Source: Actinomycetes bacterium
GTDB taxonomy: Bacteria > Actinomycetota > Actinomycetes > Actinomycetales > Microbacteriaceae
Assembly: GCA_023436775.1 (NCBI GenBank)
Contig: JAEZHW010000063.1
Location: forward strand, 3,710-67,709
Length of the DNA: 64,000 nucleotides
Reading direction: 5' to 3'
Shown one piece after another: positions 23,962-33,355 of the stretch. The stretch's first letter is position 1. Every line of letters begins with the position of its first letter. The notes under the pieces were generated by a model, which searched no databases, was not told the DNA's origin, and was given only the letters and a program-made list of their open reading frames with translations. The position numbers and the translations under genes were made by a program.

Positions 23962-24516
23962 CTAGACCTCGAGCAGTTCTGCCTCTTTGCGCTTCAGGGC
24001 TTCGTCGATGGCGTCGATGCGGACCTTGGTCAGGGACTCGAGTTCCTTCTCGGCCCGTGCCACCTCATCGTCACCAACTTCGCCCTTGAGCGCATCCAGG
24101 TCGTCCTTGGCCTTGCGGCGAAGGTTGCGCACCACGACCTTGGCGTCTTCACCCTTAGAACGAACCAGCTTGACGAACTCCTTGCGGCGCTCCTCGGTCA
24201 GTTCCGGCATGGTCACGCGAATGACCTCACCGTCGTTGTTCGGGTTCGCACTCAGGTTCGGCTGCTCGCGCAACGCGGTTTCGATCGCCTTCAGCGCGCT
24301 CTTGTCGTAGGGCGTGATCTGAATGGTGCGCGCCTCGAGGTTCACAATCGCGGCGAGCTGCCCCAGCGGGGTCGGCGAACCGTAGTAATCGACCGGAATC
24401 TTCTGGAAGAGCTGCGGGTTGGCGCGGCCGGTACGAACCGTGCCGAAATCTTCACGGGCGACCTCAACGGCCTTGTCCATCTTGGCGGCAGTTTCCGCCA
24501 GTACTTCGGAGATCAC
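23962..24516 (-). CDS. frr: ribosome recycling factor
   Basis: 184 aa from a GTG preceded by GAAGGAG ([34 protein letters not shown]...). Lies in frr-pyrH-tsf-rpsB synteny. Confidence 0.93.
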   Translation of the reverse strand: MISEVLAETAAKMDKAVEVAREDFGTVRTGRANPQLFQKIPVDYYGSPTPLGQLAAIVNLEARTIQITPYDKSALKAIETALREQPNLSANPNNDGEVIRVTMPELTEERRKEFVKLVRSKGEDAKVVVRNLRRKAKDDLDALKGEVGDDEVARAEKELESLTKVRIDAIDEALKRKEAELLEV

Positions 24517-24594
24517 ACTCGCTCCTTCACGATTCCAGTGCTTCAGTCCAAGTGTAGTGGGCAGCATCCCGCTGCCCGACGGTCACTGGGCGGA

Positions 24595-25311
24595 CTAGTT
24601 CGAGACGATGGTGCCGAGGTTCTCACCTCGGATGGCTGCAGCCACGTTGCCGGCAGGCTCCATACCGAACACGCGCATGGGCATCTTATTGTCCATGCAC
24701 AGCGAGAACGCGGTCGAGTCGACCACCTTCAGGCCGCGCTCCAGCGCCTCCTGGTAGGTGATGCGGTCGATACGGGTCGCGGTCGGGTCCTTCTTGGGAT
24801 CGGCCGTGTAGATGCCGTCCACGCCGTTCTTGGCGACAAGCACCTCGTCGGCAAGGATTTCGAGCGCGCGCTGTGCGGCGACGGTGTCGGTCGAGAAGTA
24901 CGGCAAACCGGCGCCAGCACCGAAGATAACGATGCGCCCCTTCTCCATGTGCCGCGTGGCACGACGCGGGATGTAGGGCTCGGCAACCTGGATCATCGAG
25001 ATCGCCGACTGCACGCGGGTTTCCGCGCCAGCCTGTTCCAGGAAGTCCTGCAACGCCAGGGCGTTCATCACCGTGCCGAGCATACCCATGTAGTCGGCAC
25101 GTCCGCGGTCCATGCCGCGCTGGCTCAGTTCGGCACCGCGGAAGAAATTGCCACCACCGACGACGACCGCGACCTCGACCTCACGGGCCGCGTCGGCGAT
25201 TTCCTTCGCCAGTTGGCTGATCACATCGGGCGAGACGCCAAGCGAGCCGCCACCGAAAGCCTCACCGGAGAGCTTGAGCAGTACCCTGCGCTTGGTCTTC
25301 TCTGCCGTCAT
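24595..25311 (-). CDS. pyrH: UMP kinase
   Basis: 238-aa ORF ([13 protein letters not shown] ... GNFFRG ... DGIYTADP). Confidence 0.95.
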   Translation of the reverse strand: MTAEKTKRRVLLKLSGEAFGGGSLGVSPDVISQLAKEIADAAREVEVAVVVGGGNFFRGAELSQRGMDRGRADYMGMLGTVMNALALQDFLEQAGAETRVQSAISMIQVAEPYIPRRATRHMEKGRIVIFGAGAGLPYFSTDTVAAQRALEILADEVLVAKNGVDGIYTADPKKDPTATRIDRITYQEALERGLKVVDSTAFSLCMDNKMPMRVFGMEPAGNVAAAIRGENLGTIVSN

Positions 25312-25498
25312 CGCGATGCTCCATTCTGTAGGCCACCCAGCAGCCTACCGCCGATTCAAGGCGCGCAGCTTCGCACCCGCCGTACGTCCGGCGCTAGCGA
25401 CCCCGGACGCGCCCTGCGTGGCCAGGGTTTGAAGGCGTCGGCCAGGCCCCACCGTGCCCGGGCAGGCATCAGTAGCGTCCGCAGAACGGCGCCTGGCC

Positions 25499-25546
25499 GC
25501 AAAATGCACCGTGGGCGGGAGCAGCCGAAGCCGCTCCCGCCCACGG
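25499..25546 (-). terminator. rho-independent terminator after tsf
   Basis: A 14-bp perfect stem (CCGTGGGCGGGAGC / GCTCCCGCCCACGG) is followed on the minus strand by GCATTTTGCGG. Confidence 0.7.
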
Positions 25547-25565
25547 CGGTGAAACCGGATGACGC

Positions 25566-26393
25566 TTAGGCGCCGACCTTGAATCGGGCAAAGCCGGTCA
25601 CGGTCAGGCCGGACTGCTCGAGCACCTGGGCGATGCTGAGCTTGTTGTCCTTGGCGTACTCCTGCTCGAGCAGGGCAACCTGCTTGAAGTAGGCACCGAG
25701 GCGACCCTCGATGATCTTCGGCAGGGCGGCCTCCGGTTTGCCCTCGGCCAGCGAGATCTCGGTCACGACGGCGCGCTCGCGCTCGACGTCCTCGGCCGGG
25801 ACATCCTCGCGGGTGAGCACGGTCGGGTTGGCGAACGAAATGTGCTGGGCGATGCTGCGGGCGGTCTCGGCGTCGTCACCGGTGTAGGCGACGATGACAC
25901 CGATCTGCGGCGGCAGGTCCTGGCTGGTCTTGTGCAGGTAGACAGCGAACTGCTCGCCGGTCAGGGTGACCACGCGACGCAGTTCGGTCTTCTCGTTCAG
26001 CACGCCAGCCTCGGCGGCGATCAGGTCGGCGACGGTGCCAGCGGCGGCCGGCGCGGCCAGAGCCTCGTCAACGCTGTTGGCCTTGGCGGCAGCGGCAGCG
26101 GCCAGGACAGCCTCGCTCAGCGCGATGAACTTCTCGCCCTTGGCGACGAAGTCGGTCTCGCAGCTCAGCTCGATCATGGTTGCCGAGCCTTCGCCCACGA
26201 CGGCAGCGACGACGCCCTCGCTGGTGGCGTTGCCCTCGCGCTTGGCCAGACGGCTCTGACCCTTCTTACGCAGGATGTCGACGGCCAGTTCGATGTCGCC
26301 GTCCGCCTCGACCAGGGCGTTCTTGGTGTCGGTCATGCCGGCGCCGGTGCGCTCGCGCAGCGCCTTGATGTCGGCGATGGTGATTTCAGCCAT
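25566..26393 (-). CDS. tsf: translation elongation factor Ts
   Basis: 275-aa ORF (MAEITIADIKALRERTGAGMTDTKNALVEADGDIELAVDILRKKG). Confidence 0.95.
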   Translation of the reverse strand: MAEITIADIKALRERTGAGMTDTKNALVEADGDIELAVDILRKKGQSRLAKREGNATSEGVVAAVVGEGSATMIELSCETDFVAKGEKFIALSEAVLAAAAAAKANSVDEALAAPAAAGTVADLIAAEAGVLNEKTELRRVVTLTGEQFAVYLHKTSQDLPPQIGVIVAYTGDDAETARSIAQHISFANPTVLTREDVPAEDVERERAVVTEISLAEGKPEAALPKIIEGRLGAYFKQVALLEQEYAKDNKLSIAQVLEQSGLTVTGFARFKVGA

Positions 26394-26468
26394 TGGTGTT
26401 CCTCACTTGTGGAGTCGGATATCCCGACGGGAGCGTTGCGGCTCCGCGGTGACGTGGATTCGATGCAA

Positions 26469-26497
26469 CCGCCGGTGCCCGTGGTGGGCACCGGCGG
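26469..26497 (-). terminator. intercistronic hairpin between rpsB and tsf (possible attenuator)
   Basis: CCGCCGGTGCCC-gtggt-GGGCACCGGCGG, a 12-bp perfect stem without a strong U tract. Confidence 0.4.
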
Positions 26498-26511
26498 TGC
26501 AGCGTGGAGTC

Positions 26512-27330
26512 TTACTCGGCGGCCGGAGCCTCGGCGGCCGGGGCCTCGGCAGCGGGGGCCTCAGCAGCAGCCTCGGCCTGCGAGGCCTCGAGCAGTTCGC
26601 GCTCCCACTCAGCCAGCGGCTCTGCAGCCTCGCCCGGCTTCTGGTGGCGCTGGATCAGGCCCTCGGCGACTGCGTCACCGATCACGCGGGTCAGCAGGGC
26701 GACCGAACGGATGGCGTCGTCGTTGCCCGGGATCGGGAAGTCGAGCAGATCCGGGTCAGCGTTGGTGTCGAGGATGCCGATCACCGGGATGCCGAGCTTG
26801 CGGGCCTCGTCGATGGCGAGGTGCTCCTTCTTGGCGTCGACAACCCACAGCGCACTCGGGGTGCGGGTCATGTTGCGGATACCGCCCAGGCTCTTGTGGA
26901 GCTTCTCGAGCTCGCGGCGCTTGATCAGCAGTTCCTTCTTGGTGAAGCCGCTGGTGGTGCCCTCGAAGTCGAGTTCTTCCAGTTCCTTCATGCGGGCCAG
27001 GCGCGAGCCGATGGTGCTGAAGTTGGTGAGCAGACCGCCCAGCCAGCGCTGGTTCACGTACGGCTGGCCGACGCGGGTCGCCTGCTCGGCGATGGCCTCC
27101 TGGGCCTGCTTCTTGGTGCCGACGAACAGGATGGTGCCGCCGCGGGCGACGGTCTCCTTGACGAAGTCGTAGGCCTTGTCGATGTACGACAGCGACTGCT
27201 GCAGGTCGATGATGTGAATGCCCGAGCGCTCGGCGAGGATGAAGCGCTTCACCTTCGGGTTCCAGCGACGGGTCTGGTGACCAAAGTGCACGCCGCTGTC
27301 GAGCAGCTGGCGAATGGTAACAACGGCCAT
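26512..27330 (-). CDS. rpsB: 30S ribosomal protein S2
   Basis: 272-aa ORF ([31 protein letters not shown]...) with an Ala/Glu/Pro repeat tail. Confidence 0.95.
   Translation of the reverse strand: MAVVTIRQLLDSGVHFGHQTRRWNPKVKRFILAERSGIHIIDLQQSLSYIDKAYDFVKETVARGGTILFVGTKKQAQEAIAEQATRVGQPYVNQRWLGGLLTNFSTIGSRLARMKELEELDFEGTTSGFTKKELLIKRRELEKLHKSLGGIRNMTRTPSALWVVDAKKEHLAIDEARKLGIPVIGILDTNADPDLLDFPIPGNDDAIRSVALLTRVIGDAVAEGLIQRHQKPGEAAEPLAEWERELLEASQAEAAAEAPAAEAPAAEAPAAE
26515..26568 (-). repeat. in-frame 15-nt tandem repeat (AAEAP x3) in the S2 C-terminal tail
   Basis: The protein ends [18 protein letters not shown]. Confidence 0.8.
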
Positions 27331-27521
27331 TGCCGTGTCCTTTCTGTGCCTCGGGCGCAGGGCGGACCTGTGCCGCGCGAGGCGGTTCTCGGTTTGTCGT
27401 TCCGACCGGCGGTCGAAACCCTGGTGCCCGACTCCGTGGCCGCTCTGCCGGAGCTGAGACCGATGGCCGCGGATGCCAAATGGGCACGCGAAGTCAGCCG
27501 GATTTCCCGGCTGCAGGAATC

Positions 27522-27527
27522 ATCGTA
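27522..27527 (-). promoter_or_regulatory. candidate -10 (TACGAT) for rpsB, implying a leader of about 185 nt
   Basis: On the minus strand, TGTCAA-N14-TACGAT. The leader contains a CAGCCGG-gaaat-CCGGCTG hairpin, and an AAAGGA SD precedes the ATG. Confidence 0.25.
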
Positions 27528-27648
27528 GCAGCACGGGCTGATTGACAGTAGTTCCGGCCAATTCTGCACACGAGGCGGTAGACCGGTCCCCTCCACCGAT
27601 GCGGTCACGACCCGGTGCGCCGCGATCGCGGGGGCGGATGCTGGCCGG

Positions 27649-28254
27649 ATGGGAGGTATCGGCGGGCGAGGTCGCGGGGTGTTGGTTCGAGCTGCGACGC
27701 GCGCTCACCCGAGCCGCCGCTCGCGATGCGCCCGGCGGCTGGTCGCCCTGGCGCTGACAGTCTTGTGCGTCGCCTCGTCAAGCCTCCTCCCCGCCACGGC
27801 CGCGGCTGATCGCCTGTCCGCGGCCGTGTGGGCGGGTTCAGCGCAGTGGCACTGGCCGGTGGCAGGACCAATTCGATTCGCAGCCGGCTTTCGTGCGCCG
27901 CTGACCCCGTATGGCACTGGGCATCGCGGCATCGACCTGGTCAGCGAGGTGGGTGCTCCGGTCCGCGCGCCGGCGGATGCGGTGGTCCATTTCGCCGGCG
28001 ACGTGGCGGGCCGACCGGTGCTCACCCTTCGGATCGGTGACACGGTCCTGGCGTCGTTCGAGCCGGTCGCGTCGGACCTGGTCGCGGGCATGTCCGTCGA
28101 GCGCGACACCTTGATCGGCGTGGTCACCGACGCGCCCTCACACTGCTCACCGGTATGTCTGCATTTCGGAGTTCGACTGCTCGGCGAGTATGTGAATCCG
28201 CTGCTGTTCCTCGGTGGGGTGCCGTGGTCGGTGCTGAAACCATGGGCGGGATGA
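27649..28254 (+). CDS. M23 family metallopeptidase (secreted)
   Basis: 201-aa ORF with a signal-like segment (RRLVALALTVLCVASSSLLPATAAAD) and the HxxxD motif GHRGIDL. The second metal motif reads CLH rather than HxH. The start is uncertain. Confidence 0.75.
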   Translation: MGGIGGRGRGVLVRAATRAHPSRRSRCARRLVALALTVLCVASSSLLPATAAADRLSAAVWAGSAQWHWPVAGPIRFAAGFRAPLTPYGTGHRGIDLVSEVGAPVRAPADAVVHFAGDVAGRPVLTLRIGDTVLASFEPVASDLVAGMSVERDTLIGVVTDAPSHCSPVCLHFGVRLLGEYVNPLLFLGGVPWSVLKPWAG

Positions 28255-28303
28255 TGCTGTGCTCGCGGTCGCGCGGTCGCTGCGCGCATTGGGCCGGTTC
28301 TCG

Positions 28304-29278
28304 CTACTGGGCTGCTTTCGTAGCGCGTGGGTGCGCCTGCCGATAGCCGGCGAGGATGCGTTCGGCCGAGACGTGGGTGTAGATCTGCGTGGTGCCGAGG
28401 CTGGCGTGGCCGAGGAGTTCCTGCACCATGCGCAGGTCGGCGCCACCGTCGAGCAGGTGGGTGGCGGCGGTGTGCCGCAGCGCGTGCGGCCCGGCCGGAC
28501 CATCCCCCGGAAGTTGCTGCAGCAGAGTGGCGACGAATTCGTAGACGGCACGGGTTCCGAGTCTGCCGCCGCGTGCCCCGAGGAAGACGGCGCTGATGTC
28601 GGGTTTGCTGGCCTTGGCAAGCAGCGTTGGTCGCCCCTGCTCGAGGTAGCGTCGCAGCGCCCGTTCCGCGGGCTGCCCGAAGGGCACGATTCGTTCCTTG
28701 GCGCCTTTACCGACTACGCGCAGGGTGCGTCGTTCCCAGTCGATGCGTTCCATGTCGAGTCCGACCAGTTCCGAGACGCGCAGGCCGGCCGCGTACAGCA
28801 CTTCGAGGAGGGCGTGGTCGCGCAGCGCGATCGGGTCGGCGTCGTCGGCGGCGCGTTCCAAGTCGTAGAGGATGTCACTGAGCCAGGTGGCCGGCAGCAC
28901 CCGCGGCAATTTTCGACTGGCTGCTGGACGCCGGAGCCTGGCGGCCGGGTCGCGCTCGATCTGTCCGCGCTGCGCGAGCTGGCCGAAGAAGCCGCGCACG
29001 GTGGCGACGCGGCGCGCGACGGTGGCGTCAGCGAGCAGTTGGCCGTCTGGTCCGGGCTCTGCGAGCCATGCCCGAAGGTGATTCAGGGTCACCTGCCCTG
29101 GCTGGGTGATCTCCATGACCTCGAGGCTGCGGCGCAACGATTCGAGGTCCGCGGCGTAGGCGCGCACGGTGTGGTGGGAGAGCCCGCGCGCCTGCGCGAG
29201 TTCCTCCAGGTACTCGGTGATCGCCGCCTGCATACCCTCAGCATGCCTCGTCGCCGAGCAGTCTGCGGATTTAGCCAC
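28304..29278 (-). CDS. xerC: tyrosine recombinase XerC
   Basis: 324-aa ORF with the catalytic pattern ARGGRLGTR ... HALRHTAATHLL ... LGHASLGTTQIYTHV. An alternative ATG at 29233 (MQAAITEYL) is plausible. Confidence 0.88.
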   Translation of the reverse strand: MAKSADCSATRHAEGMQAAITEYLEELAQARGLSHHTVRAYAADLESLRRSLEVMEITQPGQVTLNHLRAWLAEPGPDGQLLADATVARRVATVRGFFGQLAQRGQIERDPAARLRRPAASRKLPRVLPATWLSDILYDLERAADDADPIALRDHALLEVLYAAGLRVSELVGLDMERIDWERRTLRVVGKGAKERIVPFGQPAERALRRYLEQGRPTLLAKASKPDISAVFLGARGGRLGTRAVYEFVATLLQQLPGDGPAGPHALRHTAATHLLDGGADLRMVQELLGHASLGTTQIYTHVSAERILAGYRQAHPRATKAAQ

Positions 29279-29299
29279 GCCTCGGGCCGAGTTCGGTGG

Positions 29300-30610
29300 T
29301 CACGCACTTCCCCGCTGCACTCGCTTGCGCCAGCCACCATCGGACTCGTCCACCGCCTCGTCGAGTCGCAGCATTCCGAGGACGGAGCGAACCTGCTCGA
29401 CCGCGAGCCCGCTGCCGACGCTGATCTGCTCGATCGTGCGGCGACTGCGCGTGGACATGGCGTCGAGCACGCGAATTTCGGCGGCGTGTTCGACGGCCGC
29501 ATCGGCTGGTGTCGACTCCGCTGCCTCCGCCGTAGCGACGGCCTCCTCCTCCGCCGACGCAGTCTCGACGCCGCGCCCCGGCAGCAGTGCCAGCAGGTCG
29601 CGACTGCTGGTGACCAGGGCCGCGTCAAAGTCGCGGATGAGCCGGTGCGTGCCTGCGGAGGCGGCCGAGGTGACCGGCCCAGGCACCGCGGCGACGGTGC
29701 GGCCGAGAGCGACCGCGTGCGCCGTCGTGTTCAGGGCGCCGGAGCGCACCCCCGCCTCGATGACGACCACGGTGTGGGCCAGCGCTGCGATGATGCGATT
29801 GCGCTGCAGGAAGCGCCAGCGTGAGGGCGACGTGCCAGGCAGCGTCTCAGCAATGACGACGCCATCCTCGGCGATACAGCGCAGGAGTTGTTCGTGCCCG
29901 GCGGGGTAGAGTCGGTCGATGCCGCCGGCGAGGACCGCGACCGTCGACACCTCGGCGGCGAGGCTGGCGCGATGCACCACCCCGTCGATGCCGTACGCGC
30001 CACCCGAGACGGTCGCCACGCCGCTGCCCGCCAGCCCACTGGCCAGCTCGGCCGCCACGTACTCGCCATAACCGGTCGCCGCGCGTGTCCCCACGATCGC
30101 CACGGCGTTCGCGGTCTGCGCAGGCAGCAGCTCGGCGTTGCCGCGGAGCCAGAGCACCTGTGGGGCGTGCTCGCCGAGGTCATCGAGTCCGGCTGGCCAA
30201 GCCGCATCTGCTGGCAGGACGAGGCTCGCCTTCACCGACACCGCGGCCTGGAGCGCGCGCAGGATGTGCCGCGCGCTCAGTCGAGGCTGCCAGCGTGCGA
30301 TCGCGGCGCCCCATTCCTCCGAAGTCACCCCAATGCCGTCTGGCAGTGTGTCTCGAGCCTCGGACAGTAACCACGCCAGGGTCGCCGCGCCGCCGAGGGA
30401 CTGGACCGCAGCGCCAGCGATACGATCCCCCGGTTCGGCAATGCCGCTGAGTGCTGCCCGGGCAAAGGCTTCCCGAAGCAGGGATGGTGCATCATCCTGG
30501 CCCGGGCGCAGCCGACGCAGGAGCGGCTCCACCTCGCCGCGATCCAGTCCGAACCACCCCGCCGCCGCATCGTTCCCGAACCGGGCTGCCAACTCTTCGG
30601 TCGCCATCAT
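29300..30610 (-). CDS. dprA: DNA-processing protein DprA
   Basis: 436-aa ORF with a Rossmann-like DprA core (AIVGTRAATGYGEYVA ... TVSGGAYGIDGVVHRA ... VVVIEAGVRSGALNT). Its start overlaps the comM stop. Confidence 0.88.
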   Translation of the reverse strand: MMATEELAARFGNDAAAGWFGLDRGEVEPLLRRLRPGQDDAPSLLREAFARAALSGIAEPGDRIAGAAVQSLGGAATLAWLLSEARDTLPDGIGVTSEEWGAAIARWQPRLSARHILRALQAAVSVKASLVLPADAAWPAGLDDLGEHAPQVLWLRGNAELLPAQTANAVAIVGTRAATGYGEYVAAELASGLAGSGVATVSGGAYGIDGVVHRASLAAEVSTVAVLAGGIDRLYPAGHEQLLRCIAEDGVVIAETLPGTSPSRWRFLQRNRIIAALAHTVVVIEAGVRSGALNTTAHAVALGRTVAAVPGPVTSAASAGTHRLIRDFDAALVTSSRDLLALLPGRGVETASAEEEAVATAEAAESTPADAAVEHAAEIRVLDAMSTRSRRTIEQISVGSGLAVEQVRSVLGMLRLDEAVDESDGGWRKRVQRGSA

Positions 30611-32130
30611 GCCCCCACTCCCCTCAGATACAGTGCCTGTCCAATATCGGCGCGGTCCGGGCTGGTCTTGCCCGCGAGGTCCGCGAGACTCCAGGCCACC
30701 CGCAACACGCGGTCATACCCCCGCAGCGTCAACACGCCGCGTTCGAGCGCTCGATCGAGCGCGCCAGTGGCCGAGGCGGCCAGTCGCCACTGCGAGCGCA
30801 GGGCTGAGCCCGGCACCTCGCTATTCCTGGTCCAGCCCTGTGTGCCGAACCGCTCGCTCGCCGCTGCCCTGGCGGCGGCAACGCGAGCCTTCGCCTCGGC
30901 ACTGGTGACGCCACCGCTCTGGTGTGCCTGGAGTTCGTGCAGTGCGACCCGGCGCAGCCGCAGCTGCAGGTCCACGCGATCCAGCAGCGGCCCGGACAAC
31001 CGGCCCAAGTAGCGGCGGCGCACCGCCACCGGGCATTCGCAGTCGCGCTCGTCCTTGGCACACGGACAGGGGTTCGCGGCCAGCACCAACTGGAACTTCG
31101 CCGGATACGTGGCCTGGCTGCGCGCCCGATGAATCGTGATGCTGCCGCGTTCCATCGGTTGCCGTAGCGCGTCCAGCACAGAACGCGGAAACTCGGGAGC
31201 CTCATCGAGAAACAGCACGCCGTGACTGGCCCGCGCCACCGCGCCCGGTTGTACTCTGCCGCTGCCGCCACCCACCAGGGCCGCCTGAGTGGCGGTGTGG
31301 TGCGGGGCGATAAAGGGCGGGCGGGTCACCAGAGCCGTCAACGCCCGATCCCCCGAGAGCGAGCGCACGCAACTCGCCTCGAGCGACGCGTCCGGATCGA
31401 GGTCCGGCAGGATGCCCGGCAGTCGCTCGGCGAGCATGGTCTTGCCAGCGCCCGGTGGACCGAGCAGGAACATATGGTGGCCACCGGCGGCTGCGGCCTG
31501 CAGCGCGAGCACCGCGTCGGCGTTGCCCGCGATGTCAGCGAGGTCCGGCTCGCCGTCGTCTGACGCCACGCCAGACGCGGCCGGCAGCACCGGATCGACG
31601 CCCTCGTCCGGCAGATCGGCGCCATGGAACCGGGCGGCATGCCGCAGGCTCGCCACTGGCACAATCCGGATACCGGGCACGAGTTCGGCTTCCGCCTGAT
31701 TACCGACCGGCACCAGCACCGTGTCGAAGCCGGCCCGCTGCGCAGCAAGCACCGCCGGCAACACCCCGCGGACGGGCCGCACCCGCCCATCCAAACCGAG
31801 CTCACCGATGTGCACGCAGCGATGCAGCGAGGCGGGATCAACGGTCCCATCACATCCCAGCGCCGCGAGCGCGAGCGCCAGGTCGAACCCTGCCCCGTGC
31901 TTGGGCAGTTCGGCCGGCGAGAGGTTCATGGTGAGTTTGCGCGCTGGCAGCCCACAGCCCGAGTTCGCGGCCGCCGAGCGGATGCGTTCCCGCGCCTCGT
32001 TCAGGGCGGCATCCGGGAGCCCGATGATGACGATGCCGGGCAGGCTGTTCGACTGATGCGCCTCGACCTCGATGATCGTGCCGGACACCCCATGCAGGGC
32101 CACCGCCCAGGTCCGGATCAGCGCGGTCAC
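30607..32130 (-). CDS. comM: YifB/ComM family Mg-chelatase-like AAA+ ATPase
   Basis: 507-aa ORF with a Lon-like N-domain, Walker A (LLGPPGAGKTMLA) and GVLFLDEAPEF. Its start overlaps the yraN stop. Confidence 0.9.
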   Translation of the reverse strand: MTALIRTWAVALHGVSGTIIEVEAHQSNSLPGIVIIGLPDAALNEARERIRSAAANSGCGLPARKLTMNLSPAELPKHGAGFDLALALAALGCDGTVDPASLHRCVHIGELGLDGRVRPVRGVLPAVLAAQRAGFDTVLVPVGNQAEAELVPGIRIVPVASLRHAARFHGADLPDEGVDPVLPAASGVASDDGEPDLADIAGNADAVLALQAAAAGGHHMFLLGPPGAGKTMLAERLPGILPDLDPDASLEASCVRSLSGDRALTALVTRPPFIAPHHTATQAALVGGGSGRVQPGAVARASHGVLFLDEAPEFPRSVLDALRQPMERGSITIHRARSQATYPAKFQLVLAANPCPCAKDERDCECPVAVRRRYLGRLSGPLLDRVDLQLRLRRVALHELQAHQSGGVTSAEAKARVAAARAAASERFGTQGWTRNSEVPGSALRSQWRLAASATGALDRALERGVLTLRGYDRVLRVAWSLADLAGKTSPDRADIGQALYLRGVGA

Positions 32131-32480
32131 GCGATCCCCTTGAGGTGTTCCAGCAGCGCCGCCGCATCCGGCGGCAGCAGGATCGCGACCGCGTCGACTC
32201 GAATCGACCCGCGATGGCCGAGCTCGGCAGCGGCCTGCCGCACCAACGAACGCAACCGGCTCGCCTTCCGAGCGGTGATCGCCTCGAAGGGATGTCCGGC
32301 GTTCAGACTGGTGCGAGTCTTAACCTCAACCGCGACCAGGCTGTCCCCGTCGCGCATGAGCAGATCGATCTCGCCGTCACGACAGCGCCAGTTCGCGCGC
32401 ACGAGGCGCATGCCGGCTGCGGTCAGATGTTCGGCAGCGAGCGCCTCACCGGCTCGCCCCAATGCCTGCTGCGTGGTCAT
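32127..32480 (-). CDS. yraN: YraN family (UPF0102) endonuclease-like protein
   Basis: 117-aa ORF (LGRAGEALAAEHL ... RCRDGEIDLLMRDGDSLVAVEVKTR). Confidence 0.85.
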   Translation of the reverse strand: MTTQQALGRAGEALAAEHLTAAGMRLVRANWRCRDGEIDLLMRDGDSLVAVEVKTRTSLNAGHPFEAITARKASRLRSLVRQAAAELGHRGSIRVDAVAILLPPDAAALLEHLKGIA

Positions 32481-32600
32481 GCCCCCAGCGTGGTCCGCGA
32501 CCGCGGCCCGTCGACCGGGGCAAGCAAGTCAGTGCACGATCCGACGACGTCCTCGTCTGTGGAGGATGCGCGCCGTCACCGACGCGCCCTCCCCTCGCAG

Positions 32601-32638
32601 CGCTGCTGGCCCGGGCCGCTCTCCCCGAGCCAGCAGCG
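32601..32638 (-). terminator. hairpin downstream of the DUF892 gene
   Basis: CGCTGCTGGC...GCCAGCAGCG, a 10-bp stem extendable with one mismatch, 15 nt after the stop. No U tract. Confidence 0.35.
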
Positions 32639-32652
32639 AGCGCGCTCACTGG

Positions 32653-33135
32653 TCAGGCGACCAATTCCTCCAGCGCCTTCAGCAGTTCCTGGCTGGTGTG
32701 GACCTCCTGATCGAGGTTCGCCGACAGTAGGCCCACCGCGTCCTCGGATCCCAGCGACCGCGCCTGCAAGATCAATGCCTGGTAGGTCGAGATTTCGAAG
32801 TGCTCATTGCCCAGGGCACTCACCAGCGCCACCTCGTTGTGCAGTTTGCCGACGGTTCGGTCCAGCAGTGAGACCGCCTGCTTGGAGATGCCGGTCGTCG
32901 CCGGGTTCGGCGCCGTGCTCTGCTTCCAGTCCAGCAGTTGAAACACCTGGTTCAGGTTCTCAATCTGCTCACGCGTCTCGTCAGCGTGGTGGCTGAACAT
33001 CTTCTTGATCGCTGAGTCCTTGGCCGCGCTCTGCAACGCTGCAAGCGCCTCGAGCGAGTGCTGCTCCATCGTCGCCGCGCTGCGCAGCTGGAACTGGAAC
33101 AGTTCCTCAGGGGTCTCGAGCTTCTGTTGCACCAT
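32653..33135 (-). CDS. ferritin-like DUF892 (YciE/YciF-like) protein
   Basis: 160-aa all-helical ORF whose pattern resembles E. coli YciE (EQHSLEAL...; HFEISTYQALILQARSLG). Confidence 0.8.
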   Translation of the reverse strand: MVQQKLETPEELFQFQLRSAATMEQHSLEALAALQSAAKDSAIKKMFSHHADETREQIENLNQVFQLLDWKQSTAPNPATTGISKQAVSLLDRTVGKLHNEVALVSALGNEHFEISTYQALILQARSLGSEDAVGLLSANLDQEVHTSQELLKALEELVA

Positions 33136-33343
33136 GATGTCCTCCTGGTCGTGACATGGTCGAGTTCCTCAGTGTCGCCCGACCAATGCCACGGGACTAG
33201 GGGGTTGTAACTCCAAGGTCGGCCAGGTAGTAGGGCGAGGCGCAACACCGCACCTGCCCACGTTCCCTTGCCAGCCCCCGCCATCTTGGCGCGCTGCCGA
33301 TCACGCCCAGATCACGATCTCCCCCGTGCGCCAGAGTCCGGGC

Positions 33344-33349
33344 TAGGCT
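33344..33349 (+). promoter_or_regulatory. -10 hexamer TAGGCT, 6 nt before the DUF1349 ATG (leaderless geometry)
   Basis: TANNNT, no SD, ATG at 33356. Confidence 0.4.
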
Positions 33350-33355
33350 GCGGTC

